64,000 bases of DNA from Candidatus Nomurabacteria bacterium. GTDB lineage: Bacteria; Patescibacteriota; Minisyncoccia; Phycocordibacterales; UBA5272. Shown here one piece after another: positions 37,953-47,973 of this stretch (the stretch's first letter is position 1; every line of letters starts with the position of its first letter). Where the stretch lies: the NCBI GenBank assembly GCA_028286645.1, contig JAQBRF010000002.1:186518-250517 (forward strand), given 5' to 3'. The notes beneath the pieces are model-generated. The model was given only the letters and a program-made list of their open reading frames with translations. It ran no database searches and was not told the origin of the DNA. The position numbers and the translations under genes were made by a program.

Positions 37953-38480
37953 ATGCAGATACATGAAATAAAACGCGTTCACGCGCTTAAGAAAGGAAAA
38001 CTCGTTGCTCGTGGAGGCAAGCGCGGTAAGACTGCCGGAAAGGGTGGAAAGGGACAGACAGCTCGTGCTGGTCACAGAGTTCGTCCTGCAATGAGAGATA
38101 TCATCAAGAAGCTTCCTAAGTTAAGAGGCCATAGCAAAAATCGTGCCAAGTCAGTATTTTACAGAGGATTAGAAGCTGTAGTTAATGTACGCGAGCTTAA
38201 TGTATTTAAGGCTGGAGAAGTAGTAACTCCTACATCACTAGTTGCGCAAGGATTAATTGGAGATAAGTTTGGTAAGAATCCAAAAGTAAAGATTCTAGGT
38301 ACTGGAGAAATCAGCGTGGCCCTCACTATTGAAAGATGCGACCTATCAACTTCTGCTCGCGAAAAAATTGTAAAAGCAGGGGGAATAGTTCCAGAGATAA
38401 AAGTAGAAGAAGTTAAAGAAAAGAAAGAAAAGCCAGTAAAAGTGGCAAAAGCTAAACCCGCTAAATCAAAGAAGAAATAA
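37953..38480 (+). CDS. rplO: 50S ribosomal protein L15 (Lys-rich C-terminal extension); no rpmD between rpsE and rplO
   Basis: GGKRGKTAGKGGKGQTARAG motif. Confidence 0.9.
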   Translation: MQIHEIKRVHALKKGKLVARGGKRGKTAGKGGKGQTARAGHRVRPAMRDIIKKLPKLRGHSKNRAKSVFYRGLEAVVNVRELNVFKAGEVVTPTSLVAQGLIGDKFGKNPKVKILGTGEISVALTIERCDLSTSAREKIVKAGGIVPEIKVEEVKEKKEKPVKVAKAKPAKSKKK

Positions 38481-38550
38481 CAAAAATCCGCCATTGAGCG
38501 GACTTTTTGTTCCTTGACGCTCAAAGCCAAGGGAGTACACTTTATAGCAT

Positions 38551-39198
38551 ATGAAATTTAATCAAGATCCAAGCAAACCTGAGGCTGGAATAGAGGCGGT
38601 TATAGAAAGCGGAGAATTCCCGGAAACTCAAGAAGAGCGAGAGGCTAGATTGGGACAATTGAGGATGGATGAAACTCTACATGAGGCGCATGTTGAAGCA
38701 AGTATAGAAGATCAAAAAGCAAGATTCCAGAAATATAAGCAAGAAGCGGAAGAAAAATTATCTAAGCTCAGTAGTAATGATTCATATAAATATGTTATAG
38801 GAGATAAGTACAGTCCTTTCTATACTTTCTTTTATTCATTGCAGGGAAAGCCTTTAGAATTAGGAGAAGGGGGAAGATTTATAATTGCCAACTTAGAAGA
38901 AATAAAAGCATTAGCTAAAAAAGGATTAGCAATTTATTATCAGGCTCTAAAAGAAAATCCCCCGACACAAAAAGAAGTCATCAATGATAGCATGCCTCAT
39001 TTAGCAAGAGCAATCAGTAATGATCTTTTAGCAGAGAGAACTTTGAAAGGTAATAATGACCCCAAGGAGTACTATCACATTCTCGATGAAGAAGATTACA
39101 GAAAATTGCGTTTTCTCGGAGATCAAGGCGGACATAATAGCGAAGAAAGAGATAGAGAAAAATATCTCACGACACTAGAATTTATAAAAAAGCTATAG
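38551..39198 (+). CDS. hypothetical acidic protein inserted between rplO and secY
   Basis: ORF only. Confidence 0.3.
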   Translation: MKFNQDPSKPEAGIEAVIESGEFPETQEEREARLGQLRMDETLHEAHVEASIEDQKARFQKYKQEAEEKLSKLSSNDSYKYVIGDKYSPFYTFFYSLQGKPLELGEGGRFIIANLEEIKALAKKGLAIYYQALKENPPTQKEVINDSMPHLARAISNDLLAERTLKGNNDPKEYYHILDEEDYRKLRFLGDQGGHNSEERDREKYLTTLEFIKKL

Positions 39199-39409
39199 TT
39201 ATTTATTTACTATGAGCTTCAATGAACTTCCTCAGAAAGAGAAAGAATGAAGGATGAGGCAGATATCATTTTTGGTGAAGATGTCATAGAAGAAAGCATT
39301 AAATATATGAAAGAAAAGAGTTCCCTTGTAGAAGCTAATAAACTTTCTGATTGATCTGAAAGAAGCGCATGCAGAAGGCTAAAAGCTACTGGCTAGAAGC
39401 TACTTTTAG

Positions 39410-39418
39410 TGTTATAAT
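39410..39418 (+). promoter_or_regulatory. extended -10 element TGTTATAAT 9 nt upstream of secY ATG (near-leaderless transcript implied)
   Basis: Perfect TATAAT with TG at -15/-14. Confidence 0.35.
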
Positions 39419-39427
39419 ACCTAAATT

Positions 39428-40696
39428 ATGAATACAATCAAGGCTATTTTTACTGATAGAGTTCTCCGAGGCCGTATTATTTTCGTTATTGCTATCCTTA
39501 TCCTTACTCGCATACTAGCCGCTATTCCAATTCCTGGGGTGACTCCAGCGGATATCGCAGGATTTCTAGGAAACAGCTCAAGTGGCATATTTGGGCTTTT
39601 AAACATATTTTCAGGAGGAGGACTTTCTACATTTTCTATAGTGATGCTTTCCGTAGGTCCATATATTACATCTTCCATTATTATGCAACTAGGAACAGTG
39701 CTCTCGCCTCGTCTTAAAGAGATGTATCAAGAAGAAGGGGAAACAGGCAGAAGAAAGTTCGTACAATACGGACGTATTCTTACACTTCCATTTGCGTTGA
39801 TCCAAGGATATGCGCTTCTGACTCTTTTAATGAGACAGGGCCATATTCCTCATTTAACTACTCCGATGCTTGTAACAAATTTAATGATTATTACTGCAGG
39901 AACCATGCTCATGATGTGGCTTGGAGAACAGATTAACGAAAGAGGTATCGGAAATGGAGTATCATTAATAATTTTCGCCGGAATAGTAGCAGCGCTTCCT
40001 CAAAAGCTAAGCCAATTTTTCATCACATTTGATGTGTCTCAAATACCAATGGTAGTGGGACTGCTTATTCTTTCTCTTATAGTTATAGCTGGGGTTGTAT
40101 ATGTTACAGAGGCAGAGCGCCCTATCCCAGTGACATACGCTCGGCAGTCCAGAATAGGCAGCGGCGGAACTCTTACTCAGTCTACATATTTACCCCTCCG
40201 GCTTAATCAAGCAGGAGTAATACCTATAATTTTCGCAGTCTCTATTCTTCTTTTCCCGCAGCTTATAGCCCAGCTATTAGTTACTTCAAGCAGCGCAGGG
40301 CTTCAAACAGTTGCTCGGGAGGTGATTAATTTATTAGGGAACATCTGGATCTATGGAGCGATTTATTTCTTGCTTGTAGTTGCGTTTACATACTTTTATA
40401 CAGCGGTCATGTTTGACCCTGAAAAGACATCAGAGAATTTGCAGAAGAATGGCGCATTCGTTCCAGGATTCCGTCCAGGAGCTGCTACGGCGGATTACAT
40501 CGGTTATGTACTAGCACGAGTCACTTTGTTCGGAGCAGTATTCTTAGGAGTAGTAGCGGTGCTTCCTGTGGTAGTTCAAGGAATTACTGGATTAACTGCT
40601 GCAACGATTGGTGGAACATCGCTTCTGATTGTGGTGAGTGTGGTATTGGATCTTATCAAGAAAATCGACGCGCAGCTTTCAATGAAGGAATACTAG
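39428..40696 (+). CDS. secY: preprotein translocase subunit SecY
   Basis: 422 aa, 10 TM, SecY sequence; synteny. Confidence 0.95.
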   Translation: MNTIKAIFTDRVLRGRIIFVIAILILTRILAAIPIPGVTPADIAGFLGNSSSGIFGLLNIFSGGGLSTFSIVMLSVGPYITSSIIMQLGTVLSPRLKEMYQEEGETGRRKFVQYGRILTLPFALIQGYALLTLLMRQGHIPHLTTPMLVTNLMIITAGTMLMMWLGEQINERGIGNGVSLIIFAGIVAALPQKLSQFFITFDVSQIPMVVGLLILSLIVIAGVVYVTEAERPIPVTYARQSRIGSGGTLTQSTYLPLRLNQAGVIPIIFAVSILLFPQLIAQLLVTSSSAGLQTVAREVINLLGNIWIYGAIYFLLVVAFTYFYTAVMFDPEKTSENLQKNGAFVPGFRPGAATADYIGYVLARVTLFGAVFLGVVAVLPVVVQGITGLTAATIGGTSLLIVVSVVLDLIKKIDAQLSMKEY

Positions 40697-40741
40697 TTTT
40701 TCCATGGTCAGATAAGTGATTTTCTGTGTTAGTATTATTCC

Positions 40742-41338
40742 ATGGATAAACAATTCTTTATTTTAATAGGACGGTCGGGGAGTGGAAAAGGAACGCAGGC
40801 TGATTCGCTAAAGGCTTATTTAGAAAAAAAGGGGGCGTCCAAGGTTATACATATAACTACCGGTGGAGCTTTTAGAAAGTTTATAGAAGGGGAAACACAT
40901 GCGGGGAAATTGGCTAAAGAAATTACCAATAGCGGAGGATTGCTTCCAGAATTTCTCGCAGTATGGAATTGGTCAAATATTTTTATTGAAAGCATCGAAG
41001 GGAATGAAACTATATTACTCGACGGTGCACCACGGCGCATGGTGGAAGTTGAAGCTATTCATAGCGCACTTCATTTCTTTGGATATGATCATGCAACTGT
41101 CGTATATATTGATGTAAGTGAAAGCTGGGCATTAGACAAGCTATCTTCACGAGGCAGAGAAGATGACGCCAGCTTAGAAGACACAAGAAAGAAGATGGAA
41201 TGGTTTAATGAAGATGTATTGCCAGTGCTAGATCACTATTCCCGTGATCCACTTTTTAAATATATCCATGTAAATGGCGAGCAGACAGTAGAAGAAGTTC
41301 ATAATGAAATTGTTGCTAAATTAGAGGTATTGAATTAG
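40742..41338 (+). CDS. adk: adenylate kinase
   Basis: GRSGSGKGTQ, ITTGG, LLDGAPRR motifs; synteny after secY. Confidence 0.85.
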   Translation: MDKQFFILIGRSGSGKGTQADSLKAYLEKKGASKVIHITTGGAFRKFIEGETHAGKLAKEITNSGGLLPEFLAVWNWSNIFIESIEGNETILLDGAPRRMVEVEAIHSALHFFGYDHATVVYIDVSESWALDKLSSRGREDDASLEDTRKKMEWFNEDVLPVLDHYSRDPLFKYIHVNGEQTVEEVHNEIVAKLEVLN

Positions 41339-41373
41339 TATTACCATTAGCTAATTACCCATCGCTTTTATTT

Positions 41374-42141
41374 ATGAAATACGATATTAAATTAAAAACC
41401 GAAACAGACATAATTAACTTACGTGAAAGCGGAAGAAGACTTGCTGTCGCTTTAAAAGAAACTGCAAAAGAAGTTAGACCAGGAGTGACTACAGGATATT
41501 TAAATGACTTTTTTCATAAATTGGTAGTAGATCAGGGGGACGAGCCGGCGTTTTTAAACTATCAGCCATTTGGAGCGGATTATCCATATCCAGGGAGCAT
41601 TTGTATATCAGTAAATGAAGAAGTGGTGCATGGCATTGGAGGAGATAGAGTTTTAGAAGAAGGGGATATTGTCGGACTTGATGGCGGTATAAAGCATAAA
41701 GGGATGATATCAGATTCTGCTATTACTGTAGGAGTCGGGGGAATAAGTGATGAAGACAAGGAATTAATGGAGGTGACCAAGAATGCTCTTATGGCGGGGA
41801 TAAATGCAGCGGTGGGTGGAAAGTATGTAAATGATATTTCAAAGGCTATTGAAAAGTCTATTCCTAAGAAGTACGGAGTAGTAAAGATTCTTTCAGGTCA
41901 TGGTGTGGGGTACAAGGTCCATGAAGAGCCGTATGTGCCTAACTTTGATGACGGTGTAAAAGGGCCAAAGCTCGTGCCAGGACTTGTGCTTGCGCTTGAG
42001 CCAATGGTAAACCACGGAACGGACGAAGTATATTTGGACAAGGACGGATATACATTTATAACAAAAGACCATAAAAAGTCAGCGCATTTTGAGCATACTA
42101 TTTTAATAACAGAAGGAAAGGCAGAGATATTAACAGCCTAG
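41374..42141 (+). CDS. map: methionine aminopeptidase type I
   Basis: VHGIGGDRVLEEGDIVGLDGG, GHGVGYKVHEEP. Confidence 0.9.
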   Translation: MKYDIKLKTETDIINLRESGRRLAVALKETAKEVRPGVTTGYLNDFFHKLVVDQGDEPAFLNYQPFGADYPYPGSICISVNEEVVHGIGGDRVLEEGDIVGLDGGIKHKGMISDSAITVGVGGISDEDKELMEVTKNALMAGINAAVGGKYVNDISKAIEKSIPKKYGVVKILSGHGVGYKVHEEPYVPNFDDGVKGPKLVPGLVLALEPMVNHGTDEVYLDKDGYTFITKDHKKSAHFEHTILITEGKAEILTA

Positions 42142-42194
42142 TTGACTTCTTAAAGCAGAGGAATACACTTTATATATGGAAATGAATACACCTT

Positions 42195-42413
42195 TTGAAT
42201 CAGACCCCCCACAATATTAAGTTTCTTTCACCGGAAGATAATATAAAAGATATGGAAGCTAGGTTAGGAATGTATGAATCTATTCCTAGTCCCACAGAAG
42301 AAGATCTCCGGCAAATTAATTACTTAAGAAGCAATATTGAGATTCAAAAACAAGCAATTAAAGACAAAGATAGTAAAAAAGACAAAGATAGTAAAAAGGA
42401 AATTATACATTAA
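42195..42413 (+). CDS. small hypothetical protein with KDKDSKK tandem tail
   Basis: ORF only. Confidence 0.2.
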   Translation: MNQTPHNIKFLSPEDNIKDMEARLGMYESIPSPTEEDLRQINYLRSNIEIQKQAIKDKDSKKDKDSKKEIIH

Positions 42414-42469
42414 TAACTCTCTTCTAGTATTCACTGGTAACTGTCAACTGAAAACTGTAAACTGTTCCT

Positions 42470-45184
42470 ATGAATTCCCAATTCTCCACGCCTGAAGAAG
42501 AAATTGCTTATTTGCGAGCACAAGTAAAAGAAAAACAAGAAAAAGCCAAAGGATTTGAAGATCGCTTCACTCCTATTGATCATGCAAATGAAGTTGTTAG
42601 AGAATATAGAGAAACTCCTACAGAAAAAGTAATAACTCCAGAGTTTCAAGCAAGTTCGGCCACACATAAAAAGTTATTAGAATGGCTTGCTCCGAAATCA
42701 ACCGATGAGCAGATATTCATGCTTTCTCAAGTTATAGCAGAAAAGGGCATAAAAAATGCTTTTAATCTTCTTGAGAAAATGAATAGTCCCGAGCTTGACG
42801 ATGACTTTGAAAGATATTTGGCACAATACATCATTTCAGGACATGAAATAAAAAACGATATTTCAAAGGATGAGTGGAAAGCGCTTCACATGAGACTTTT
42901 TGAAATAGTATTGCCGGACGCGGATGGATCCAATGGAAAGTCGATGAAAGAAATGATGGCTCTTATGGAACAATGGTATGCCTCTATGCAAGCACTCGCC
43001 CGAGATGCCACAAACAAGGAAAAGAATTATTACTCTCTTGAAGTCGGGGTTTCTAATGGTTCGACGACTGCATCATTTTATTGTGCTGTTCACATTGATT
43101 ATGCTGATCTTTTCGAGAAGGTGGTTCTGGGAGTGTTCCCGACAGCACAAATTAGGGAAAATAAAGAAGATTATAATATTTTCCATGAACATGCCATAAC
43201 TACAGCATCTTACGCTACTCATAGCACGCACCCCGCCTTACCTATTAAGACATATGCGGATATGGAGGCTGATCCGATGTCCCTTATTCTTTCTTCCTTT
43301 ACTAAGATTGCAAAAGACGGAGAAGGCTTAGCTCTTCAATTGTTAATTCGACCAGCAGGGGATGTGTTCGCAAAGAGATTTGGAGAGATGTTGGAAGACT
43401 TACGCAAGGGAGAAACAATGAAGCGGGTTATTGATAAACAAAGTGCGCTTAAAGAAACTTTGTTTTTATTAAATTCGATGTTTTCGTCCCCTAAACCGAA
43501 AGAGGAGGAAAAAGAAAAGAAGCAAACCTTCATTGATGAAAATGCAATTAAGTATGTTCAGGATAAATTATCCAAAACAATCATCGAGTCTAATTTAAGG
43601 ATCATCTCTTCTGCGAGCTCTCTGCCTCGTGCGCAAGCTATCAGACATGATTTAGAAAGCTCGTTTATTCAATTCACTCAAGTGGGGGGCAATAGCATTG
43701 TCTTTAAGGAAGTAACAGGGAGCCGCCAGAAAGCCATGCTTCATAGATATTCATATAGATTATGGAATGAAGACGAAAGTTATCCTCTTAACTTAACAGA
43801 ACTTGCTTCAATCTTCCATTTTCCTACGCAATCTAAAGATGTATCAAATGTGCGTGAGCAAACGGCCGCCATGGCCCAGCCTCCGCTTGATATGCCGCAG
43901 GACGGCGTAATTCTGGGGGTAAATAATTTCCGCGGAGAAGAAAAGACGATTCACTTTAGTCGAGAAGATCGTATGAGGCATTTATATGTTATAGGACAGA
44001 CAGGAACCGGTAAGACGGGAATTCTCAAGAATTTAATTATTCAAGACATTAAAAATGGCGATGGATGCTGTTTCATTGATCCGCACGGGTCTGACCTCTT
44101 AGATATTTTAGCGAATGTCCCGCCTGAGCGAGCAAAAGATGTGATTTACTTTGACCCGGCGTATACAGAACGCCCCATGGGATTAAATATGCTGGAGTAT
44201 GATAGAAATTTCCCTGAACAAAAGACTTTTGTGGTAAACGAGCTCTTGGGTATTTTTGATAAGCTTTTTGATATGAAAGCAACGGGAGGTCCGGGATTTG
44301 AGCAATACTTCAGAAATGCGACCATGCTAGTTATGGAGCACCCAGAGTCTGGCAATACACTTTTGGAAATTTCTAAAGTATTTTCTGATAAGGATTTCAG
44401 GGATTATAAATTATCAAAATGTAAAAATCCTATGGTGTTACAATTCTGGCAAAATGCTGAAAAGACCACAGGAGATCAAGGGCTTCAGAACTGGACGCAG
44501 TACGTAAATAGTAAATTCGATGTCTTCATGACTAATGACATTATGCGTCCTATTATTGCTCAGGAAAAAAGCTCATTTAATTTTAGAGATATTATGGACA
44601 CCAAAAAGATATTTCTCGTTAATTTATCAAAAGGACGACTGGGAGATCTAAACTCTTCTCTTCTAGGTCTTATTATTGTAGGGAAGTTTTCACAAGCGGC
44701 GCTCTCCAGAGTAAATATAGTCGATGTTAAAGAAAGAAAAGATTTTTACTTGTATATTGATGAATTCCAAAACGTATCAACGCCTTCAATTGCCACGATT
44801 TTATCTGAAGCTCGTAAATATAGGCTATCACTTAACATTGCTCATCAGTACATAGGCCAGCTTACGGAAGAAATAAAAGGCGCGGTTTTCGGCAACGTCG
44901 GGTCTATGGCCGTATTTCGCGTAGGGCCTGACGATGCAAAATATTTAGAAACTCAGTTTGCTCCAATATTTACCGCAACTGATATAATGAGGATAGAAAA
45001 TCGTCATGGATATTTAAAGACTCTTGTAAATGGAGAGCCTAAAAAGCCTTTTGATATAAAAACACTTAATACCGAGCACGGAGACGCCAGCCGTATCGAG
45101 CCATTGAAAGAATTAAGCTACTTAACATATGGAAGACCGAGAGAAGAAGTGGAGGCAGAAGTGCTCAAGAAGTTCCAATTATAA
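42470..45184 (+). CDS. P-loop ATPase of the VirD4/TraG/TrwB (T4SS coupling protein, AAD_bind)-like class with ~480-aa novel soluble N-terminal domain
   Basis: Walker A YVIGQTGTGKTG followed by ...CCFIDPHGS; Walker B LYIDEFQNV; ARKYRLSLNIAHQ; no N-terminal TM helices. Confidence 0.5.
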   Translation: MNSQFSTPEEEIAYLRAQVKEKQEKAKGFEDRFTPIDHANEVVREYRETPTEKVITPEFQASSATHKKLLEWLAPKSTDEQIFMLSQVIAEKGIKNAFNLLEKMNSPELDDDFERYLAQYIISGHEIKNDISKDEWKALHMRLFEIVLPDADGSNGKSMKEMMALMEQWYASMQALARDATNKEKNYYSLEVGVSNGSTTASFYCAVHIDYADLFEKVVLGVFPTAQIRENKEDYNIFHEHAITTASYATHSTHPALPIKTYADMEADPMSLILSSFTKIAKDGEGLALQLLIRPAGDVFAKRFGEMLEDLRKGETMKRVIDKQSALKETLFLLNSMFSSPKPKEEEKEKKQTFIDENAIKYVQDKLSKTIIESNLRIISSASSLPRAQAIRHDLESSFIQFTQVGGNSIVFKEVTGSRQKAMLHRYSYRLWNEDESYPLNLTELASIFHFPTQSKDVSNVREQTAAMAQPPLDMPQDGVILGVNNFRGEEKTIHFSREDRMRHLYVIGQTGTGKTGILKNLIIQDIKNGDGCCFIDPHGSDLLDILANVPPERAKDVIYFDPAYTERPMGLNMLEYDRNFPEQKTFVVNELLGIFDKLFDMKATGGPGFEQYFRNATMLVMEHPESGNTLLEISKVFSDKDFRDYKLSKCKNPMVLQFWQNAEKTTGDQGLQNWTQYVNSKFDVFMTNDIMRPIIAQEKSSFNFRDIMDTKKIFLVNLSKGRLGDLNSSLLGLIIVGKFSQAALSRVNIVDVKERKDFYLYIDEFQNVSTPSIATILSEARKYRLSLNIAHQYIGQLTEEIKGAVFGNVGSMAVFRVGPDDAKYLETQFAPIFTATDIMRIENRHGYLKTLVNGEPKKPFDIKTLNTEHGDASRIEPLKELSYLTYGRPREEVEAEVLKKFQL

Positions 45185-45406
45185 GATTATTTTATAATGG
45201 ACTTTATAAGTGTACTAGGTATACTTATCCTATGTTGGGTTTCGTAATCCTTATCCTTTCTCTAATCGTATATATACCTCTTGCAGCAGTTTTACTTTAT
45301 GTATGGTGGAAGTATGGGAGAGGTGAGAAAGGGGTGACGGTCGCTAGAAATTTCTTTCTGGCCGGATCTTTCGTCCTGCTTTTTTCTATGCTGTTTATAT
45401 AGATGT

Positions 45407-45955
45407 ATGAAATTTGAAAAAGAACATATTTTAGAAGAAGGGGAAGAGATAATTTCTACCATTAGAAAGCATTGGATAGTATATGTGCATGATTTTTTCT
45501 TACATGCTTTTGGTTGCCTCTTGTTAATTGTTGCCGTCTATTATTTTTCAAGTGGAGATTTATTTAAAAATTATTCAAATGAAACTGCGTACGGCACGAT
45601 GGTCCTGATATTATTTGTCCTTATTTTCTGGACAAGCTTTTTTTATTCATGGACGAAAGATTATTTTGACGTCTGGTATGTTACGAATAAGCACATAGTA
45701 GCTGTAAATCAAAAGGAGATTTTAAGCAGGGATGAAGCATTTATGGAACTTCTCCGCATTCAAGACGTCTTCTTCGAGAAAAATGGCTTTCTTTCAAATA
45801 TCTTTGATTATGGACAGTTAAAAGTCCAGAGTGCAGGCACAGAACAGCAGTTTGTTATGGAATACGTAAAAGAAGTAGAGACTGTAGCTCATAAAATAAT
45901 GCTTCTTCGTGATGAAGCGCATAATAAATTCCCTACGCCTACATCAGGTTTATAA
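45407..45955 (+). CDS. two-TM membrane protein, bacterial PH-like (DUF304-like) domain, hypothetical
   Basis: Two hydrophobic helices flanking short loop, then soluble domain. Confidence 0.3.
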   Translation: MKFEKEHILEEGEEIISTIRKHWIVYVHDFFLHAFGCLLLIVAVYYFSSGDLFKNYSNETAYGTMVLILFVLIFWTSFFYSWTKDYFDVWYVTNKHIVAVNQKEILSRDEAFMELLRIQDVFFEKNGFLSNIFDYGQLKVQSAGTEQQFVMEYVKEVETVAHKIMLLRDEAHNKFPTPTSGL

Positions 45956-45971
45956 ATTTATATTTAGAACC

Positions 45972-46553
45972 TTATTTGACTCGTTCTACGTATTCACCAG
46001 TCTCAGTATTCACTACAATCTTTTCTCCCACTTCGATAAAAAAGGGAGTAGTAACTTGCGCGCCGGTTTCTAGAGTCACTAGTTTTCCGCCTCCAGAAGC
46101 CGTATTTCCTTTAATAGCAGGAGGGGCATCTTTAACTTCAAAAGTCATTTTTATTGGAAGCTTAAGTCCTATTACTGTTTCTTCATCCTCATATTCAAAT
46201 ATCTGAAGTTCTACAATAGTATCTCCTTTTAAGAATTTGGCTTTATCTCCAATTATATTTTCGTCTACTGTAAATCTATTTTTAGGATCTTTCGGATCTG
46301 TAAACCAAAATTCTCCTTTTGATGCATAAATAAACTTTGCTTCTCTTTTTGTAACATCAGCTTCATCTGCTGTTTCTGTCGAGTGAAATGTGGCAGGAAT
46401 AACTTTTCCATTAATGAGGTTTCTCATCTTTACTTGGTTCTGTGGCTTTCTCTGCTGAGTACGCGCTACATGAGACTCAAGCACTTCAAAAGGCTCATCT
46501 TTATAGATAATGTACTTTCTCTCTTTAATTTCGTTGTATTCTAGTTTAGCCAT
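45972..46553 (-). CDS. efp: elongation factor P
   Basis: 193 aa; EF-P three-domain sequence. Confidence 0.9.
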   Translation of the reverse strand: MAKLEYNEIKERKYIIYKDEPFEVLESHVARTQQRKPQNQVKMRNLINGKVIPATFHSTETADEADVTKREAKFIYASKGEFWFTDPKDPKNRFTVDENIIGDKAKFLKGDTIVELQIFEYEDEETVIGLKLPIKMTFEVKDAPPAIKGNTASGGGKLVTLETGAQVTTPFFIEVGEKIVVNTETGEYVERVK

Positions 46554-46560
46554 AAGACTA

Positions 46561-46596
46561 GGTATTAGATTTTAGACATTAGATTTTAGATAAACC
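46561..46596. repeat. dispersed-motif copy (GGTATTAGATTTTAGACATTAGATTTTAGATAAACC), gene-sense for efp, 7 nt upstream of its ATG
   Basis: Read directly. Confidence 0.8.
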
Positions 46597-46698
46597 TAAT
46601 ACAAATACTGATAATCTCAAGATTATAGCAGAAAATAGGGGAATTTCAATTTTTGACAATTTGATTTTAAAGTAGCAGGATAGGGAGATTCGACTCTT

Positions 46699-46911
46699 TT
46701 GGAGTTTCCAGTGTTCTTCCAAGTCTTTTTAAAATCTCAAGATAAAGTTCCCTGTGCTACATGTGGAATGCGAACATATGTTTGTGCGTATACGGGGGAT
46801 ATCGATTGTCCCTATACAAAGGGAAAGCTTTTCTGCTCAGTAGAATGTCAGTACACTCTTAAGTGGAGGGAGAAATTTCAAATATTTACCCTTAAAGGGA
46901 AGGAAGGGTAG
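46699..46911 (+). CDS. small Cys-rich (7 Cys) putative zinc-ribbon protein
   Basis: ORF; CATCG...CAY...CPY...CSVEC. Confidence 0.2.
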   Translation: MEFPVFFQVFLKSQDKVPCATCGMRTYVCAYTGDIDCPYTKGKLFCSVECQYTLKWREKFQIFTLKGKEG

Positions 46912-46941
46912 TCGCGACCTGATTGGCCGCGATTTTTTTAT

Positions 46942-47802
46942 TTATTCACTCCTTCCAAATTGCTTTGGAAAAGTCTCTGCATTATCTTTTGCAAATTGCT
47001 CTTTATCTTTATACGCTGGAATAATTTTATATTCTAATATAGCCATCCCCGCATTTACTAACAATTTATGCGGAATAAAGCTAGTGGCAAAGTTAAGAGC
47101 GCTAAGCATTGCTCTTTCAGGGTGGCTTTTAAAATTTGCGAGCTCTGACTTAACATCAAATCCCTTATTAATATAGCTTGCAAAGATACGCGATCTTCCT
47201 GGAACCATTCGTCCGAGATTAGATCCTGCTTCTATTTTATCCATTAGCGACGTACTCTCGGATCTTATTTTACTTATATCTCTTGTCACAGGTTTAAGGG
47301 TCTCCTTTCCAAGGAATGAAACTAGCGCCATACTGGCACTCACTATTTCGGTTGGAGTCTGCTCACCCTTACTTACTCTTGGGACCGTGTCTCCCAATTC
47401 GGCATTTTGTTTTTCAATAAGCTCTATATCTTCGTCGGAAGTATTTTTATAATCCTCTATATTTTCCACGCTTGATGAATCTGGGGATGGAGGTTGTTCT
47501 GTATCTTTTGTTTGGGCTAATGCGGACACTGAAGAAATTCCAATTAAAAATATTGCAGCATTTCCGAGAAGGGAAAGTTTCTCTTTCATTTTTCCTAGTA
47601 ACCCTCTCTTTTCTATCAGTTTTTCTTTTAGTTTTATTTCTTCTTCCGTTTTTGCATGAATTTCATTTATGCGTGATGAAGTAGCCTCAATCCTCTCTAA
47701 GAGTATTTCTTTCTTATTTTCGACAGATTCAAGCAGTGAGGAAGGGGATTCTATCGCGCTATCAACCGGCCTTTCGTTTGGATTTAATGAATGAGATTCC
47801 AT
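46942..47802 (-). CDS. hypothetical coiled-coil protein with central hydrophobic segment
   Basis: ORF; heptad-like KLKEKLIEKRGLLGKMKEKL region. Confidence 0.3.
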   Translation of the reverse strand: MESHSLNPNERPVDSAIESPSSLLESVENKKEILLERIEATSSRINEIHAKTEEEIKLKEKLIEKRGLLGKMKEKLSLLGNAAIFLIGISSVSALAQTKDTEQPPSPDSSSVENIEDYKNTSDEDIELIEKQNAELGDTVPRVSKGEQTPTEIVSASMALVSFLGKETLKPVTRDISKIRSESTSLMDKIEAGSNLGRMVPGRSRIFASYINKGFDVKSELANFKSHPERAMLSALNFATSFIPHKLLVNAGMAILEYKIIPAYKDKEQFAKDNAETFPKQFGRSE

Positions 47803-47805
47803 ATT

Positions 47806-47970
47806 ACATATTTGCGATTATTTTATCTATTTTTTCTATATCTTCTCGAATTCTAATTCTCTTCTCTAATCCGGCCACTTCTTGATCAAGCTCATTTAAA
47901 ACACCAGAAATCTCTTCAGTTGCTTCTCCCGCTCTTTCAATATAAAGCTTGTAGATACCTTCCTCTGTCA
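47806..47970 (-). CDS. candidate 54-aa small ORF (below ORF-track cutoff) between recA and downstream gene; ATG overlaps recA stop region
   Basis: Manual translation MTEEGIYKLYIERAGEATEEISGVLNELDQEVAGLEKRIRIREDIEKIDKIIANM. Confidence 0.2.
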
Positions 47971-47973
47971 TAT

